A DNA stretch of 64,000 nt from Chlorokybus atmophyticus (GCA_009103225.1 RHPI01000810.1:124001-188000); one strand, 5' to 3'; positions 11,500-25,249 are shown, numbered from the stretch's first letter. Made by a program: numbers and translations. Notes: generated by a model from the sequence alone, not told the origin.

Positions 11500-12240
11500 C
11501 TGCACATTGTTTTTGCACTGCGTCTGGCAATGGCGTGTCCTGCAGCCGGCCAAGCAGCACACCTGCAGTTTCCTAGATGGCTTTTGATTGTGACTCACAA
11601 GTCGTGGTGCCACCAACAAGTTGTTGCAACATTGACAAGGGAGGCGTTCCGCAGAGATGGGCCTCAAGTTGTCATGATGGGTGATGCCTGTGCAACAGTT
11701 CCACTGGCTGCCACATGTGTTAGTGCCCGCCCTGTTGGCATGCAAAGCAGTGCTGAAGATGGACGGACGCAATGGACGAGTGCAAGTACATGGGGAGCAG
11801 TGCAATGCCTGTGTCGTTGAAGCCAAGAGCACATGGCTGCAACAACTCAGGGAGTTTTTGCCGTGCATGCCAAGGTCTATGGCCTTGGTACGGCTGACGA
11901 CACCTCAAGTATGCAGTGGCAAAGCCGGCTGCGACGGCAGTTGTCGTGGTGGCGGAGGTTGGGAGCGGTGGCGGGGGGAGTCTGCTGGTCGTTGTGGTCG
12001 TCAACGTGGGCGTACTCAAGGCTGACTCTACTGGCGACGTGGCAGGTAATGCATGCTTGCAGACTGACAGGGTTGGGCAGTAGAGTAGCGGAGTAGGTAG
12101 CATATACTTAGCCCGGTGGTCGTGATAGAGGTCAGTGTGGTTGTGGTTATGTGTCCATGCATGTGTTGTGCATGTTGCATACAGCACGCGCATATTCTGT
12201 ACACGGTTTTGATGGCTTGAAGACGCAATTGCCATCACAA
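11500..12240 (+). mobile_element. Eroded fragment related to the 5' part (about 3650-4250) of the Penelope-like element
   Basis: Colinear nucleotide patches: gtttccta(g/t)at(g/a)gct, gagtgca..tggggagcagtg, agggagt, tagcccggtggt. No intact ORF. Confidence 0.45.
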
Positions 12241-12778
12241 TGTCACTATACTGAGCAACTCGCAGTACTTCCGCATCAATGTTGACGGTTGGATGGTGGT
12301 TATGTGACGATGACCAGCTGAGAACAATGATGTTGGTGATGCAGCGAATTCTGTGCTTGTTAAGCCAGAGGAACTGAAGGCATGCGCGTGGAATCAGTAG
12401 TGTTCAAAAGATGAGAGTGCTGATAATGTGTTGTCGACTGCACATGTACCACGACGATTGCGCTGCAGACATACTAACACCCGCAGCACAGAATGTCTAT
12501 ACACAACAACATCATTAGGCCAAGCCAGCAGTGAGCTTGGTGCGTAGACTTGGGGATAACTGCTTCTTGGCTGAAAGCAAAAGCACCACGCACAGAACTA
12601 AATTTGTGTGCTTGCGCAGGCCATGCGCTGGCTTGTATACAAATGCTGGCTTCCTTGCTTCTTCACCTCTGCTCATCATACAAGTTTTGCACGGGCCAGC
12701 GCTATGTGGTCTGCTGCGCCATTCAGCACGACGCACAAACAATGTAAATCTAAATTTGCACGGTAGACAGCGCTTGCA

Positions 12779-15109
12779 TCACGTCCTGCTATGGTTGTTA
12801 TTATGCTCACTTGTATGCCGGTCTAGAGACCCACCATTGGTGCCAGCCTTATGGCCAGACTCGCGCTTGCTATGGTGCCTGTCTTCTCGCTTGGAGTCGC
12901 CACCGCCACGTTTGCTGCGTGTTCGTGCCTCGTCAGTGTCCTCGTCCCGCACATGTTTGCGTTTCTTGTCCTTCGTGTCCTTCTTGTCCTTGTCCTTCTT
13001 AATCTTGTGCTCATGTTTCTTGTGCTTCTTCTTGTCCTCCTTCCTGCGCTCCTTCTTATCCTCCTCGTCCTTCTCTCGCCGGCGCTTCTTCTTTTTCTCC
13101 TTCTTGTCATATCGCTTTAGTATGGCCAGCGCTTGCTCCAGTGATTCCACTTTCGCAGGCAACTCTGCTCCATTTTCTTGACTAAGCTTGCGCTGTGTTG
13201 GTGTGATGATTGGTGTTGCTCGTGTGCCAAGCGGAATTGCATTGGACGACGTGCCTATCCTATTTGGCTGTGGGCCTCCTCGTGCTGCTCCCCCGTGCTC
13301 TATCACTGCTGGTTGCGCTCGCTCGCCTTCTTCATCTGCACACATTGCAAGCAGGAAGATGCGTTACCTTGTAAGGCATGCACGCACACACGCGCACGCA
13401 CGCGCACACGCACACGCACATGCTTGCTCCTAAGCTCATCAAGGACAAACTACATGTATCAGAACCTGAGACCAGCTCGTATTTGCTGCCTGTGAAGCAC
13501 TCAGCACGTATGTGTCCTGGATGGGAAGGCAGTCAGAACCAAATTGCCACACAGCGTATTACACAAAACGTTCACCAATTGCTGTGGAGACCGGAGACAA
13601 AGCCACCCACCATGCCCGCCGCACTTTGTGCATGTGACGTTGTACACAGCACCCAACTCCACTCTGCACAAACACACATCATTGTGATGCTTTGCCAGTC
13701 GGGTGCGCAAACACATGTGTAGAATAGTCTTGGACATTTATGTACACAACACTGCCACATTTGACTTAGCGCAATGAGGGTCCAACTTACTTCTTGCGCC
13801 CACCGAATGTCGGTTTAGACTGCTGCTCCTCCAGCTTTAACCCTGTCGGGTCCTGTGGCAGTGCATTGACCCTTGGTGATACGCAGGACTGTTTGGCAAC
13901 TAGTCACATGGCATCTGTGGCGCAAGTCATGGTTATAACGTCCTCATTACCAACATTGCATGCAGTTGCGTGCAAATAAGCACATCTTAGCAGCAATGCC
14001 GACCTGTTTGCATACTGCAACTCACATTAAGAGCGTCTGCGTTTGCGCTCGCAGCCATGCCGCAATTCATGACACATACAGCAACGACAACTCACCAGAT
14101 CGTGTCCGTCAGTCTGGTTGACAAACTTGATTGAGCACCCCACTTTGACATTGCCGCCCTCATCCTTGACAGATACCACCTAGCACAGAACAGGTATATA
14201 ACATCGTACGCATGCACATCAAACTCGATTCATACGCACAACAATTGCAACAAACCAGTCCGCCCTTACCTTCACCCATATTGACTCTCCCTCGGCTACC
14301 ACTTGCGATAGCGCAGCAACCTGCGTGCAAGCGTGATTCCTATATAGTACTGTACTTTGTTAAACTGTTACCTCAAAAAACAGCTGCATGCGATGCTGAA
14401 GCGCACGCGCAACACCAATTAGTACTGAGGTTGCATGTGTTGTGCACGACATGCATACCAAACCCAACCTTTGCAGCGTCATCGGCGTCACGCTTCGCAA
14501 CTTCATAGTCGCTCACTTGCGAAATATGTCTGTTACAAAAACCAAGTATAGTATACAGCGCATTCAGTCCAACTTTTGGACTTTTGCAGTGCGTGGTTGC
14601 CTAATGTCTGCCGCTGCAATAGCATGCCAAACAACAAGCGCACAATGTCAAGCAGCCCGTGTAGTAAGTAGTACTGGTGATCAGCCCCACCAAATTCTGT
14701 GCATGAGGGATTGACATAAGCAACACGTCCCACGACAGTCACAACACTGTACCAACCGTATGTGTGCGAGTGAGTATGTGACATTTGTATTCCTTACACA
14801 AGGCCAACCGTATGCGTGCGAGTGAGTATGTGACATTTGTATTCCTTACACAAGGCCATGCTTGCGGAAGCCTTCCATCTGCACAAACACCCCAAACGGC
14901 CTGACGGACACCACCCTCGCGCGGTGGATGGACCCAACCGGCGGCGGCGCCTCGTCCGCATGCTGCCTGCCACGCCCTCCTCCTCCTCCTCCTCCTCCTC
15001 CTCCCCCTCGCCGTCGGTCTCTGCCGGCCCCTCCTCGGCTCTGCTCGTCCTCGCCGCCGTGGTAGTAACCACCCTCGCCCAGCTCGTCCAGCTCGTCCTC
15101 CCCCAGCAT
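12779..15109 (-). CDS. S1 RNA-binding domain + CCHC zinc-knuckle protein with K/R/D-rich tail (ZCCHC17/pNO40-like), multi-exon
   Basis: PPVGSIHRARVVSVRPFGVFVQM..GLV|HISQVSD, VWVK-type exon (ESIWVK|VVSVKDE..KVGCSIKFVNQTDGHDL|DP), knuckle CTKCGGHG|HIRAEC, then KYELVS. Confidence 0.8.
14752..14855. repeat. 52-bp tandem duplication (one mismatch) spanning the exon1/intron1 donor of the S1 gene
   Basis: ccaaccgtatg(t/c)gtgcgagtgagtatgtgacatttgtattccttacacaagg at 14752-14803 and 14804-14855. Confidence 0.95.
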
Positions 15110-15573
15110 TTTCACCCGCCCGCCCACACCGCCGCCACCGCCCCAGGCCTGGTGCAGGCACTCAACAAGCCCAACAACGAGGACTATATTGCAAGCAGTA
15201 GTCGTCGGGTACAGTGTGGTTGCTGCTGCTGACGTGCCAGCGGCGGCGGCGGCGGCGGCGGTGGCGGTGGAGGAAGGGAAGGGGGAGCAGTAGCTGTCAG
15301 ACCAGGTGGAGGTGCAGGTCAGAGTGACAGCCAGGTTGTCCAGCTATGTGCAATGTTGGCAAGTGCCATGGCATGGCATGCTTGCATGCTGGACCGTCAC
15401 GTGCTTTGCTACACTCGTTCTTGCCTGGCCACGGTGTTATGCTCTTGCCTTGTACCTGACAGAAGGCTCGTCTTACTTTGTTGTTGAGTGCTGGAGTAAT
15501 TGCTTAACTTGACTCGTGTTGTTGTTGTCGTCGTCGTCGTCACTGTTGTCTGGGTGCAGAGGCAGCTAAAGTC

Positions 15574-18500
15574 ATGAGCAAGCAACAGCGGTACGGCCAG
15601 CGGGAGCCGCTGCTGTCCGGCGGCGGTGACGGCGAGGGTAGAAGCAATGACGTGGAGGGTGGAGGAGGAGGAGGAGGAGCAGTGGAGCGCTACAGCTCGC
15701 CAGCTGCGGCGGGATTTGACTTCGGGCCGAGACCCAGGCAGGACACCTTCTTCACTGTGAGTGTGATTGCAGGTTACAGTTGCAACTTGCACTCACAGCA
15801 CGACACAACGAACGTATGTGACTGACACACATGTTGGGTTCACATACACTCACTCCTCACCATGCACAGGTGCTCTATGTGCTAGTCGTCGCTTCAGTCG
15901 TGGCAGGCGCAGTGTACTCATCCATGCATTTCAACAGCGATTTTGCCGTTCAGAACGTAAGTCAACACATTGTTTGCCAGCATCCGTTGCACACATTGGG
16001 GCGGCAAGACAAGCAGCACAGCACAGCACAGCTCAGAGCAAGCATGGCACGCTCTTGTCACGCAGACTCCAGAGTACCTGAACGACCCGAAGCACTGCCC
16101 GCGCATGGACTCGGTTGTGAAGCTTGGAGTTGTTGAAGCAGTGCCGTTCACGTCCTTATCTCGAGTGAACGGCGTGGCTTCGGTGGTGAGCTTGCAGTGG
16201 TTTGGCAGCATTACGCTTCATCATCAGCCGAACAACCGCAAGCATGCGAGCGGCAATGATGACGAGGATGAGCGTGCCCGTGCACTGCTGAAGGCAGTTG
16301 CCATCCCTATCGGCGTAAGCTTGATCAGCAGCATCGTCATAGGTGCGTAATGGGCTCTGACAAATGCATATGAAAAGCAACAAGTGTCATGAGACGCCCA
16401 CTCGCAGGCATGCTGTTCCTTTACACGCTGAAGTCGATTCCGCGCACATGCGTGTGGGGAGCCGTGGCATTGCAGGTAACTACCGTATTCATGCGAGCAT
16501 GTATGCGTGTGCTACTTTCAGTTATACAACCTACACCTTGTTTGCAATAAACTTTGAGTACAGGTGGCTGTGCCGGCCGCTGTGGGCGTGTTTCTCCTTG
16601 TCAGCAGCGCGCAGATTGGCGAGGCATCCATTGGAGGCTTTGTCTCCCTTGGCACTGCGCTTGCAATGGCAGTAGCCTTTTACATGCTGAGAGGGTATGT
16701 CGTGGGAAACACAACTCGTTTTTTGGCGGCAGAAGCTGCTGCACAGCTCTCTTCACACACTGTGTGCACATGCGCTTGTGCAGGCGGCTCGAGCTCACCG
16801 CATCCATCCTGGAGGTTTCCTCAACCGGTCTCAGGGACAATCCGTTCCTGGCAAGTTGCTCTTTGCTGTGTGTCTATTCGTGCGTGCTTGCTTGCTTGTT
16901 TCTACATGTTTGTGTGCATTCACGTGCACATCGTCGCGTGAGCGTGCGTGCATCTGTAAGTTTGCGTGTAGTGCTCAACTCCTACCACACTATGACAATC
17001 CTTGTGCATTGCAAGGATGGACTCTTGTTTGATGATTTGTCTTCTCCAATGCAGCTTGCGGTGACCATCTTCCTGAAACTTGTTTTGCTTGCTGTTCTCA
17101 TCCCCATGCTGCTGGCATCCCTGCTCGCTCAAGCCAACGGCTTCGTGGCACCCAATCAAGCAATCACTGACGAGAGTCAGAGCTGTGGCGGGGAAGGAGA
17201 GGAAGCCTGCTGCGTGTGGCAGACTGATGAGTGCGTGCAAGCCAGGCCTGTTGGGTTGGTTGAATGCATGTGCTGTCTGGGTGTTGCTTGCAACTGATGG
17301 CTGTCACTGCGTGTGCAGTTGGGTTCGGCCATACCAGTGGGTCTTGAGGTTTGCAATGGCTTGGACAACGCTGCTCATCTTCCAGGTGTGCTTATCTTGG
17401 CATAGTATCATCACACTACCATGGTTAAAGCTTGTTTACTTGAGCAACAACAATAACAATCTCTCTCTTACGTCCATGGTGGTCTGCGTGTGCACGTATG
17501 GCGCATAGTACACATGTCCAACGTTCTTTGTCGCCTACAATGCTGACTGCTACGTGCTTATTGTGACATAGATTCGCTTCTACACTGTCTCCGGTTCTAT
17601 AGCACAATGGTACTTTGCCGGACCCGAGCGCTACGCGATGCATGGCACAACAAGGCGCTCATTGGGGTACGCATGCTTGCTATGTAACTCTGAAGTAACA
17701 ATAGTTGCACTATCACGTGACTTTGACACACGCAATGTTGAAAAGGTGTGTTAAACCTTAACCGCTTGTGCAGGCATGCTTTGGGTCCTTCATTCGGTAC
17801 GCTCTGCTTCTCCAGCCTTGTTCTGGTGGTTATCAACTATCTGCGGTCTGCAACTGAAGAACTTCGCAAGCGACGGCAGGTCAGTTTTTCGCATCACAAC
17901 ATCTATCGTGACGAGTGCTGTTGCAGCGTAGCAATTCTGCAAGTGTCATGCCATGCATAGTGGGTCGATTTGGAATGATTTGCCACTCAGCGTGTTGAAA
18001 ACTTTGTGTTTGGTGTTGCAAATCATCTTTATGTCACCTTCTATTTAGCATTTGTTGGGGTGCCAACAACATGTTGAGTCTTATTTTTTTTTTGCAGAAC
18101 GCCATTGCCGCTATCGCCACGCTGCTGCTGGAGTGTTTTTTCACAGCGGTGGAGTTTGTGAACAAGTTTGCTGTCGTGCGATGTGCCGTCACGGGCGAGT
18201 CCTTCCTCGTCTCCTCCAAACGCACCGCAGTGCTGCTCACAAGGAACGCTCTCAGCGTCATTATCGTGGACAGCGTCGCCAGCTGGGTCCTCAGGTACAA
18301 GTTTTTGCTGTATTTTTGTTGAGACAGTGTTGAACAACACGTGTTGTTGTGGTGGTGATTGATGCACACGCAGAGCGACGGCACTGGTTTTGGCGCTCGT
18401 GTGGGGTGCGGGATCGTACGTGCTGCTGGATCTGTTGTGGACTCATTACCCTGTGCCCGGTTACACTGGCGAGGATGCTGCGGGTTTGGCGCTCGGCGTG

Positions 18501-19394
18501 ACAATTGCAACGTTCGCGATCGTCTTTATTGTTCTGCTCTTCTTTGCAGACGTGCTGCTCAATGTGGTGAGCTGAGTTGACCAAAATATGTCAATGTTGT
18601 TGTCTCGCTGCCATGTGGATGCTTAAATGTGTGGGTTGTATTGGCTTCTTGCGCAGATTGACGCCGTGTACTTCTGCTATGCGATTGACAAGGTAAGCTT
18701 GTATGTACTGATGGTGTCTTCAATGCAAACACAGACGCTTGCAAGTTGCAACATATTGGTAGAAAGTGACCGTGCACAAGTGAATATATGCTTACGGGCT
18801 TGTGGTATGCCTTGCAACTTGCGAGGCATGTCACGAGGCTTGCAATATGTATTATTCTGGAGTATTGATTATCCTGCATGTTTTGTGTTGCTGGACTTCA
18901 GTGAACGCTGCTTTTGTCACAGGATGCCAACACGGTGACAGACGAGCGCATACATTCAGTGTATTCGCATCTGCCGGCAGCACGCCCGTCCCCGGAGCTG
19001 CAGCAGGCAGTGGCAGGTACCTTCTTGGCGAGTTTATGACAAGCCAATTTTGCCTGATATGTGCCAGGCACAGAAAGCTTACGCTGCTGATAAGCGTACA
19101 TGCAAGGGTTTGTTCCGCACTGGGTCGCATGGACCTCACTACTGATGTGTTATTAGGTTACGAGGGCGAAGAGGGACGGCATGCACAACCGGCACAGGGC
19201 TACCCCTCTGCTTACCCTCAGGTGAGTCCTGTTTGTTTGGCTGCTTGGGTTACGTGATGCCAGAAACAGCACAATTGCAATTTTTTCGCTGCATCAACCC
19301 ACACTCAATGTCGATGGGTTGGTGTCATCAGGTGTATTACCCGCCGCCACCAGGCTATCGTGATTTCAATGCCACGGCACGACACCCGCAGTAG
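15574..19394 (+). CDS. Choline transporter-like (CTL/SLC44) membrane protein, multi-exon
   Basis: RQDTFFT|VLYVLVV TM1, multiple TM exons, ALGPSFGTLCFSSL, FFTAVEFVNKFAVVRCAVTGESF, IDAVYFCYAIDK, Pro/Tyr-rich tail ending RHPQ*. Confidence 0.9.
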
Positions 19395-19673
19395 GAAGTT
19401 CCAACTGCAAAAGCACATGGGATGGTGACAATTTTTGCTGTTCTTTACCAGATTATAAGGATGTTAATCTTGCTGCACCATGCATTATGAACCCACTTGT
19501 GTATATTGCGCCCAATTTCGGTGTTAGTACATTGGAGCAGTTGTGTCCTCCCTGCTGCTTAAACTGGGTTTGTCGCGATTTTGCTCAGTCCCTTCAACTG
19601 CACAAGGTATGGATAAGCAGGCGCGCGTAGGGTGCACACACATAGCATGACGCAAGGAGAGCTGATTATAAAA

Positions 19674-19675
<2 letters not shown>

Positions 19676-19729
<54 letters not shown>

Positions 19730-19764
19730 NTTGGCAGCGAGCGACATGAAGCCCCCCCCCCCCC
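19676..19764. other. Poly-C tracts around a single N with an embedded 21-mer copied from 26302-26322; probable assembly junction
   Basis: C run 19676-19729, N at 19730, ttggcagcgagcgacatgaag (19731-19751) identical to the TEX261 exon, then C run. Confidence 0.7.
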
Positions 19765-21005
19765 TCCCCGCAACGCGGGCCCGGGGTGTGGGGTGTGTGG
19801 GGTGTGTGGGGAGGGCGGGGGGACATCTACAGCAGTGTAAGCGGTTGCAGTCTGTCCCGTTAAGAGACTCGGTGGTGCAAGAATAACCCCGGTTGCAGAT
19901 TTTTATATAAAGATGAAATGACCAATCATTCGTGCGGAAGCTTTTTTGTGAAACAATCTTAACATACAGGCCTAGGTTGAGGGCTTATGTTGTTGTGAGT
20001 ACGTTGATGTACTAAAATACTTTGCTTGCAGGATGATGTTATTGTTCACGAGTAAGTTTGTTCACAATTCTCTCAAATTGAAAGCACTCAAGTTTTTTTC
20101 AATTGCGAGCATAATACTCTATTCGACATAACTTGAGTTGCAAGATGTAAAAGAGGGATTTCATGTGATTGGGCAAAGAGCATAACTTTGCAACTTGAGT
20201 GATTGATCAATCACACGAAAGCCTTAGACTTAAGTTGGGTATTCATAAGCGATGAAATAGTATACGAGGCAATGGATACTATAATGATGAAGTAGTTGAT
20301 GTATTTGATCTATAGTGGAAAGTATGTTTTTCACGTTGCGAATACAGTTGTTCAGCGAACATTTTTTGACACATTGTTTCTTGGTAACATGCACAGAGCA
20401 CGACAAGATGGACAGAGTGGCGGGGAAGGGGGCGGGCGTGGAGCATAGCACTGCACCACGCAAACTACAGCACACGCGCTTGCTATTCGTCTCCACCAAG
20501 CCTCCATTACCTGCCTAACTGTTGCCACACCTATGCACTTAGGTTGGCTGGTTGGTGTTTACTACTGCCTGCTTCATCAACGGCATTGCATTGCACATAG
20601 GTCCACAGAGTAGTGTGATGGCCCCGGCTGTAATGTAAGTGTCGTGCCTTGCTGGTTGGCTTGTTCGTTGCAATTTTTACTCGTGTGTGTGCACAGACTG
20701 CATGTGCAACATGACTCATATGCACTGAAGTATGAGTTCACCGTGTGTGTCATTGTCTTTGCCTACGTAATCCTATACTTTGCACCATTGCGGCAAGGGT
20801 ACCAAATTGTAAGTTGACTCTACACCGTCGACGGTTGGCACAGGACACGATCGACCGTCGGTGAGTTGCGCTGTCGTGGCGTCGACAATCACCACTTCAT
20901 CACGTGACCCTGCCAGGCCCAGCAGACAGCGGACGCGCCACGTGGGCAGCGACCGCAGCAGCAGTGACCGCGGCGGCGACGGCGGCGACGGCGGCGGCGG
21001 CGATT

Positions 21006-22118
21006 ATGGCGAAGGAGTTTGGGAGCAAGGCGGATATGCTCTCAACTCGCATTGATGAGGTCTGCAAGGGTTTTGCCGTGAAGTTGTGTTGGGTCAGACG
21101 TGCGTGTGCAGTGTGTGTTTGTGCGTGCGCGCCTACTCTCAACACACACTGCACGTACACGTCTGACCCAACATAAAAAACTTTAGTCAGCACATCATTC
21201 ACCGTTGTTGTTGCGTTTCATATTGCTGCCAGCAGCAATGCCATCATCACTGAACTACTACCAGCAATTCACTGAGAGCCATTCACCACTAAACTGCCTG
21301 TGGTTTAGGTGTCCCGCAACAGCATCTGGAGGGAGCACTGCCAGAAGGAGCTGCGAAGTACCCACCTGCACACTGACTTCTCGCTCACCAGACCAGACCG
21401 CAGTAAGTGGTTTGGTCCTTATCTGGTCCTTCTCTGGCAAGGATAAGTTCACAGTCGAGGCAATTGGGAACAAAAACATTCAACCCACTTTGACTTGATG
21501 TATCTGCAGCACAACTTCCGTAGTGTTGTTTTGTTGAAACGTTGCTGTCCTGCAGCTAATGTGGATATTCTGCTCTGCAGTGTCCATTCTGCCAGAAAAG
21601 CCCAACAAGACGACCCCTAGTGACCTCGGTGAGTGCAAAACACAGCGCATGTGCGTGTTTACGTGTGTGTGCTTGCAAGAGAGAGAAGCACACATATGAC
21701 GCACACAACATTTACAATCACACCACTCTGAGCACAAGATGCACATCACCAACAGTTGGGGCCAATGTTGAGAGCGCGGTTGCGGAGTTGGAGTCTTTGT
21801 GCACAGTGAAGCTCAGTCACGCGCCGCCCAACGAGAGGCTCCAGCTCCCGCTGACCTCCTCGCACGAGTACGGCTGGCACAACAAGCAGGTGGTGAGAGA
21901 TAGGATATCACCCCTGCACGAATATGGGACAATGTTGTGCGTGCGATCAACCAAAGTGTGGTTTGACCTCAAACTTGCGTTTGCAGTTGGGAAAGAACTC
22001 GATGTTCAACCGAGCAAAGGAGTCGTGCGACATCACGCGCTACGCTGACAAGTATTACCACATGATGGGAGCCACGCCGTTTACAGCCAAAAACAAGAAC
22101 GACGGTTCCAGAGGTTGA
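21006..22118 (+). CDS. CFAP144: FAM183/CFAP144-family ciliary microtubule inner protein, 5 exons
   Basis: RNSIWREHCQKELRSTHLHTDFSL, PPNERLQLPLTSSHEYGW, SCDITRYADKYYHMMGATPF match the FAM183 pattern (ExxxKElr..l...F; P.T.s.E.GW; sdIT.Y). Confidence 0.78.
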
Positions 22119-22684
22119 TAATACAGTCAGTGTGGGTGGGCGGGGAGTATTAGCTATTTGTGATTGATCTTTATACATTGGGTTGATTATTGATCCATAG
22201 GGTTAGCCATTGTGACTAGCAGTGAGCAGATTTGCGACCAAATACTGGCGCGATTGCATACTGTGCACAGCGGATTTAGGCATGTGCCTGCGCAACGATG
22301 TAGTGATCGAGTGATTGTAGTGAGAGCAGTATGGCTCTCCTGGCCTTCAGGTAGTGTGTACTGATGGCTTGCTGTGTGGCTTGCGTCTGCAAATGTGATC
22401 AAGGGCGCAACACTAAGTTTCTGCATTAACAGCAGCATTTGTTCATCAGTGCATTGCTAGAAGTCAACCGGCATCTCCAGCCAACACTGGGACAATTGTG
22501 CCTACGGATCCTCAACGTACAGGAGCTTGCCCCCCGCAAGTTGACATGCAACCAGAGCGGGTGAGCTTTACAAAGTCAAATTGAATAACTTATTGCTGGT
22601 GGGGTAAATGAGTAACATACAGTACAGTGCTAAATGGTTTAACAATACTGGTACTAGTGATTCTGCTGGCCGCCAGGTGTGCCA

Positions 22685-25249
22685 TCAACTCATTACACCA
22701 ACGGCAGTTCTGGGTTGTGCAAGGCTGACAGAGCATGTGGTGACGGCGCTACCATTATGTTGCGCGGCATTGGGCTGGGATTGCGCCAGTACACGCACTC
22801 TCTGTTGATGGTGCAAAATAGCTTTCAAAAGTTCGTACGAAGCAAAGAATATGGCTCCTTGTGAGACGTAAATGATTAGCCTTGGAGCAACCCCCCTGTG
22901 CGAACATATGTGTTGGTAAGGCTGCCCTGCGCATTGTGCATACAGGGACAAAGGCTTTATGCAAAAGAACATGTGCATGCATGGACGATTAAAGAATGAC
23001 ACAGCCCACGAGGAAGTGTTGCGGTACCTGTACAGTCCTTGAATTCCTTCTGTTGCCAAGATCTGGCGCAATGCGTCATACACCCCACTATACTGTGGAC
23101 CAACACCTGGTATCTGCAAACAGCACATATACTGTGTTACAGTCCTGTGTGAGGCTAATGCGCTATCACGTAGAGCAACAGCTGATCTTACTTGAGTTTG
23201 CAACCTCGTCTTCGCCACATCAAAAGGTGTTGTGAAGAAAGCAGCTGTTGATCCAGCCATACCACCAATTGCAAGCTGCACACACCGCAGATTCAAGTTG
23301 GGTGCATGTTTACGAGACTTGTGGATATAGACATACGACGCCGCCGCGCCCCCCCCCCCCCCCCCCCCNNNNNNNNNNNNNNNNNNNNNNNNNNNNNNNN
23401 NNNNNNNNNNNNNNNNNNNNNNNNNNNNNNNNNNNNNNNNNNNNNNNNNNNNNNNNNNNNNNNNNNNNNNNNNNNNNNNNNNNNNNNNNNNNNNNNNNNN
23501 NNNNNNNNNNNNNNNNNNNNNNNNNNNNNNNNNNNNNNNNNNNNNNNNNNNNNNNNNNNNNNNNNNNCCCCCCCCCCCCCCCCCCCCCCCGCGCACGCGC
23601 GCGCATATTGGCGGGTAGTGCAACGAAGGCAACACAAACGCTGTACACCAAAGCAAGAGTCAGGACAACACTTTGCATACCGTTTGCAATGTGGTAGGAG
23701 GTGTGCCATCCTTTGCTACTGCTTTTTTAAGCTGTTCGTATGTCAGAAACTGCACAGCGAGGTGTGCTGTCAATCACTTCCCACAAAACATACGAACAGC
23801 GTCAATAGCGAGGGCAACAACCTTAATAATCGACTGAGGCACATTTCTGCAGAGTACAGCGCCCCACCCTGCGTAAAGTCCTCGCAAACCCTCTTGTTTC
23901 AAAATTCCCAACGCAGCTTGCCTGCAAATCAATCAACAAGTCGGTTGACTGTGGTAACAGTGCATAATTTCTCACCAGCAGGTGCTGCAATCTGACTTTG
24001 CGGCACGTACGCGCTATTAGAATACATGCCGCCAACTTGCATGCGCTGCTTGATGCACTCGCTGGGCGTGAACACGAATGATGTCGCCACGCTCGCACAG
24101 CCTCCAGCAACACAATGTGCAACAGCAGCATACTCCTGTCATTAACAATAACTTCAGCATACATGATGCTTGCTGCGTTGATCAGATAGCCCTGACTACT
24201 GTACCGCAGGCAGCAGAGGTAGCAGACGCTCTTTGACGCTCTCGTAGGTGGTTGTGTATATCGCTGAGATAGGGGCTGCTGTGGCCAAGTTACTGCCAAG
24301 GCCCCGATATAACCCCTTGATGCCTGTTTGTGCGGTAACATACTCTTTATGGCATGGCATGAGATACAAGTGTACGCACACATGCTTGTTCCCTGTGCAC
24401 ACCTAGCACCAGGCCACTCGGTAGTTACCACTCACCCCGTTCATTCATGATGCGATGTAGAATGCGAGACATGGAGCGGCGCTGTCCATGCTCCGCCTGG
24501 ACAATGGTCTTGATGGTGTCGACTGGATGAAGACTACAGCTGACTAAACCGCCAGCAAGAGCGCCGGCCAGTGCGTTTGTGCGAAATGTGGTCAGCACTG
24601 ACCCTGCGGCTGTAGCCAACAGGTTACTGCTGCTGGACCTGTCGTCAGACCCAAGCCGCCGTCTTCTTGACCATGCCTCACCACGGGTGCTACCTGCCAA
24701 CATATTCGTCACCAATCTACCAAATGCACTGCATTGCCCCCCCAAAATGGGTTACTGAGACAACAGACTGACTTGTTATTGGTGCTAGCTTGTGTGGCGA
24801 CAACGTTGACAGCTTAGCAAAGCTCAGGACTACACTCGCATTGTTTTGTAATGTGCTCAGCTGCGCACCTAGTCTTTGCATTACTCCAGCGCAAAGACGT
24901 TGAGGGTTGGCCAGCTGCAAACTAACGCAGAATCCTCTTCGACGTTTGGATCCCTTCTCACCTTCCTCCTCGTCAACCTGTCGTGGTCATGCGTTCAAAG
25001 CACATGCAAGCCGCAACCCAAGCGCAGATTGTGACAAGGAGAGCATGGAATGTGCACATGAACTCAATATGCATGTGCAATCCCATTTCACAGCGGATGA
25101 AATCCGTGAAAGCACTGTTGAATGCATTCCAACAGCTGGCAAGGCCAGGGCAGCGGCAACAGAAGTGTTCAATCCAAACTCACCCCTTGAACGGCTTGAA
25201 GCAGCGCCTGTAGCCTGGCAATTAGCGCAGCCCATGGAGGAGAGTCCAT
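22685..25249 (-). CDS. Mitochondrial carrier family protein (SAM-carrier-like, Arabidopsis At4g11440 type) with N-terminal extension; 5' exons tentative
   Basis: Three carrier repeats: AGALAGGLVSCSLHPVDTIKT, AGGCASVATSFVFTPSECIKQRMQ, GGMAGSTAAFFTTPFDVAKTRLQ; also GLYRG motifs and SQGAIFFASYE. Confidence 0.92.
23349..23590. other. Assembly gap (N 23369-23567) flanked by poly-C, inside a carrier-gene intron
   Basis: Directly visible. Flanking exons splice in frame across it. Confidence 0.95.

Noticed and set aside
19731-19751. 21-nt exact match to a TEX261 exon (26302-26322) embedded in poly-C
   Set aside because: Bounded by an N and homopolymer runs. Most simply a mis-placed read or gap-fill artefact, not a small-RNA or insertion event.
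22685-23709. Long ORFs containing poly-G/poly-P and X runs across the 23.4-kb gap (also at 19.5-19.9 and 32.2-32.6 kb)
   Set aside because: Produced by N gaps, poly-C and microsatellites. The real exons splice around them.
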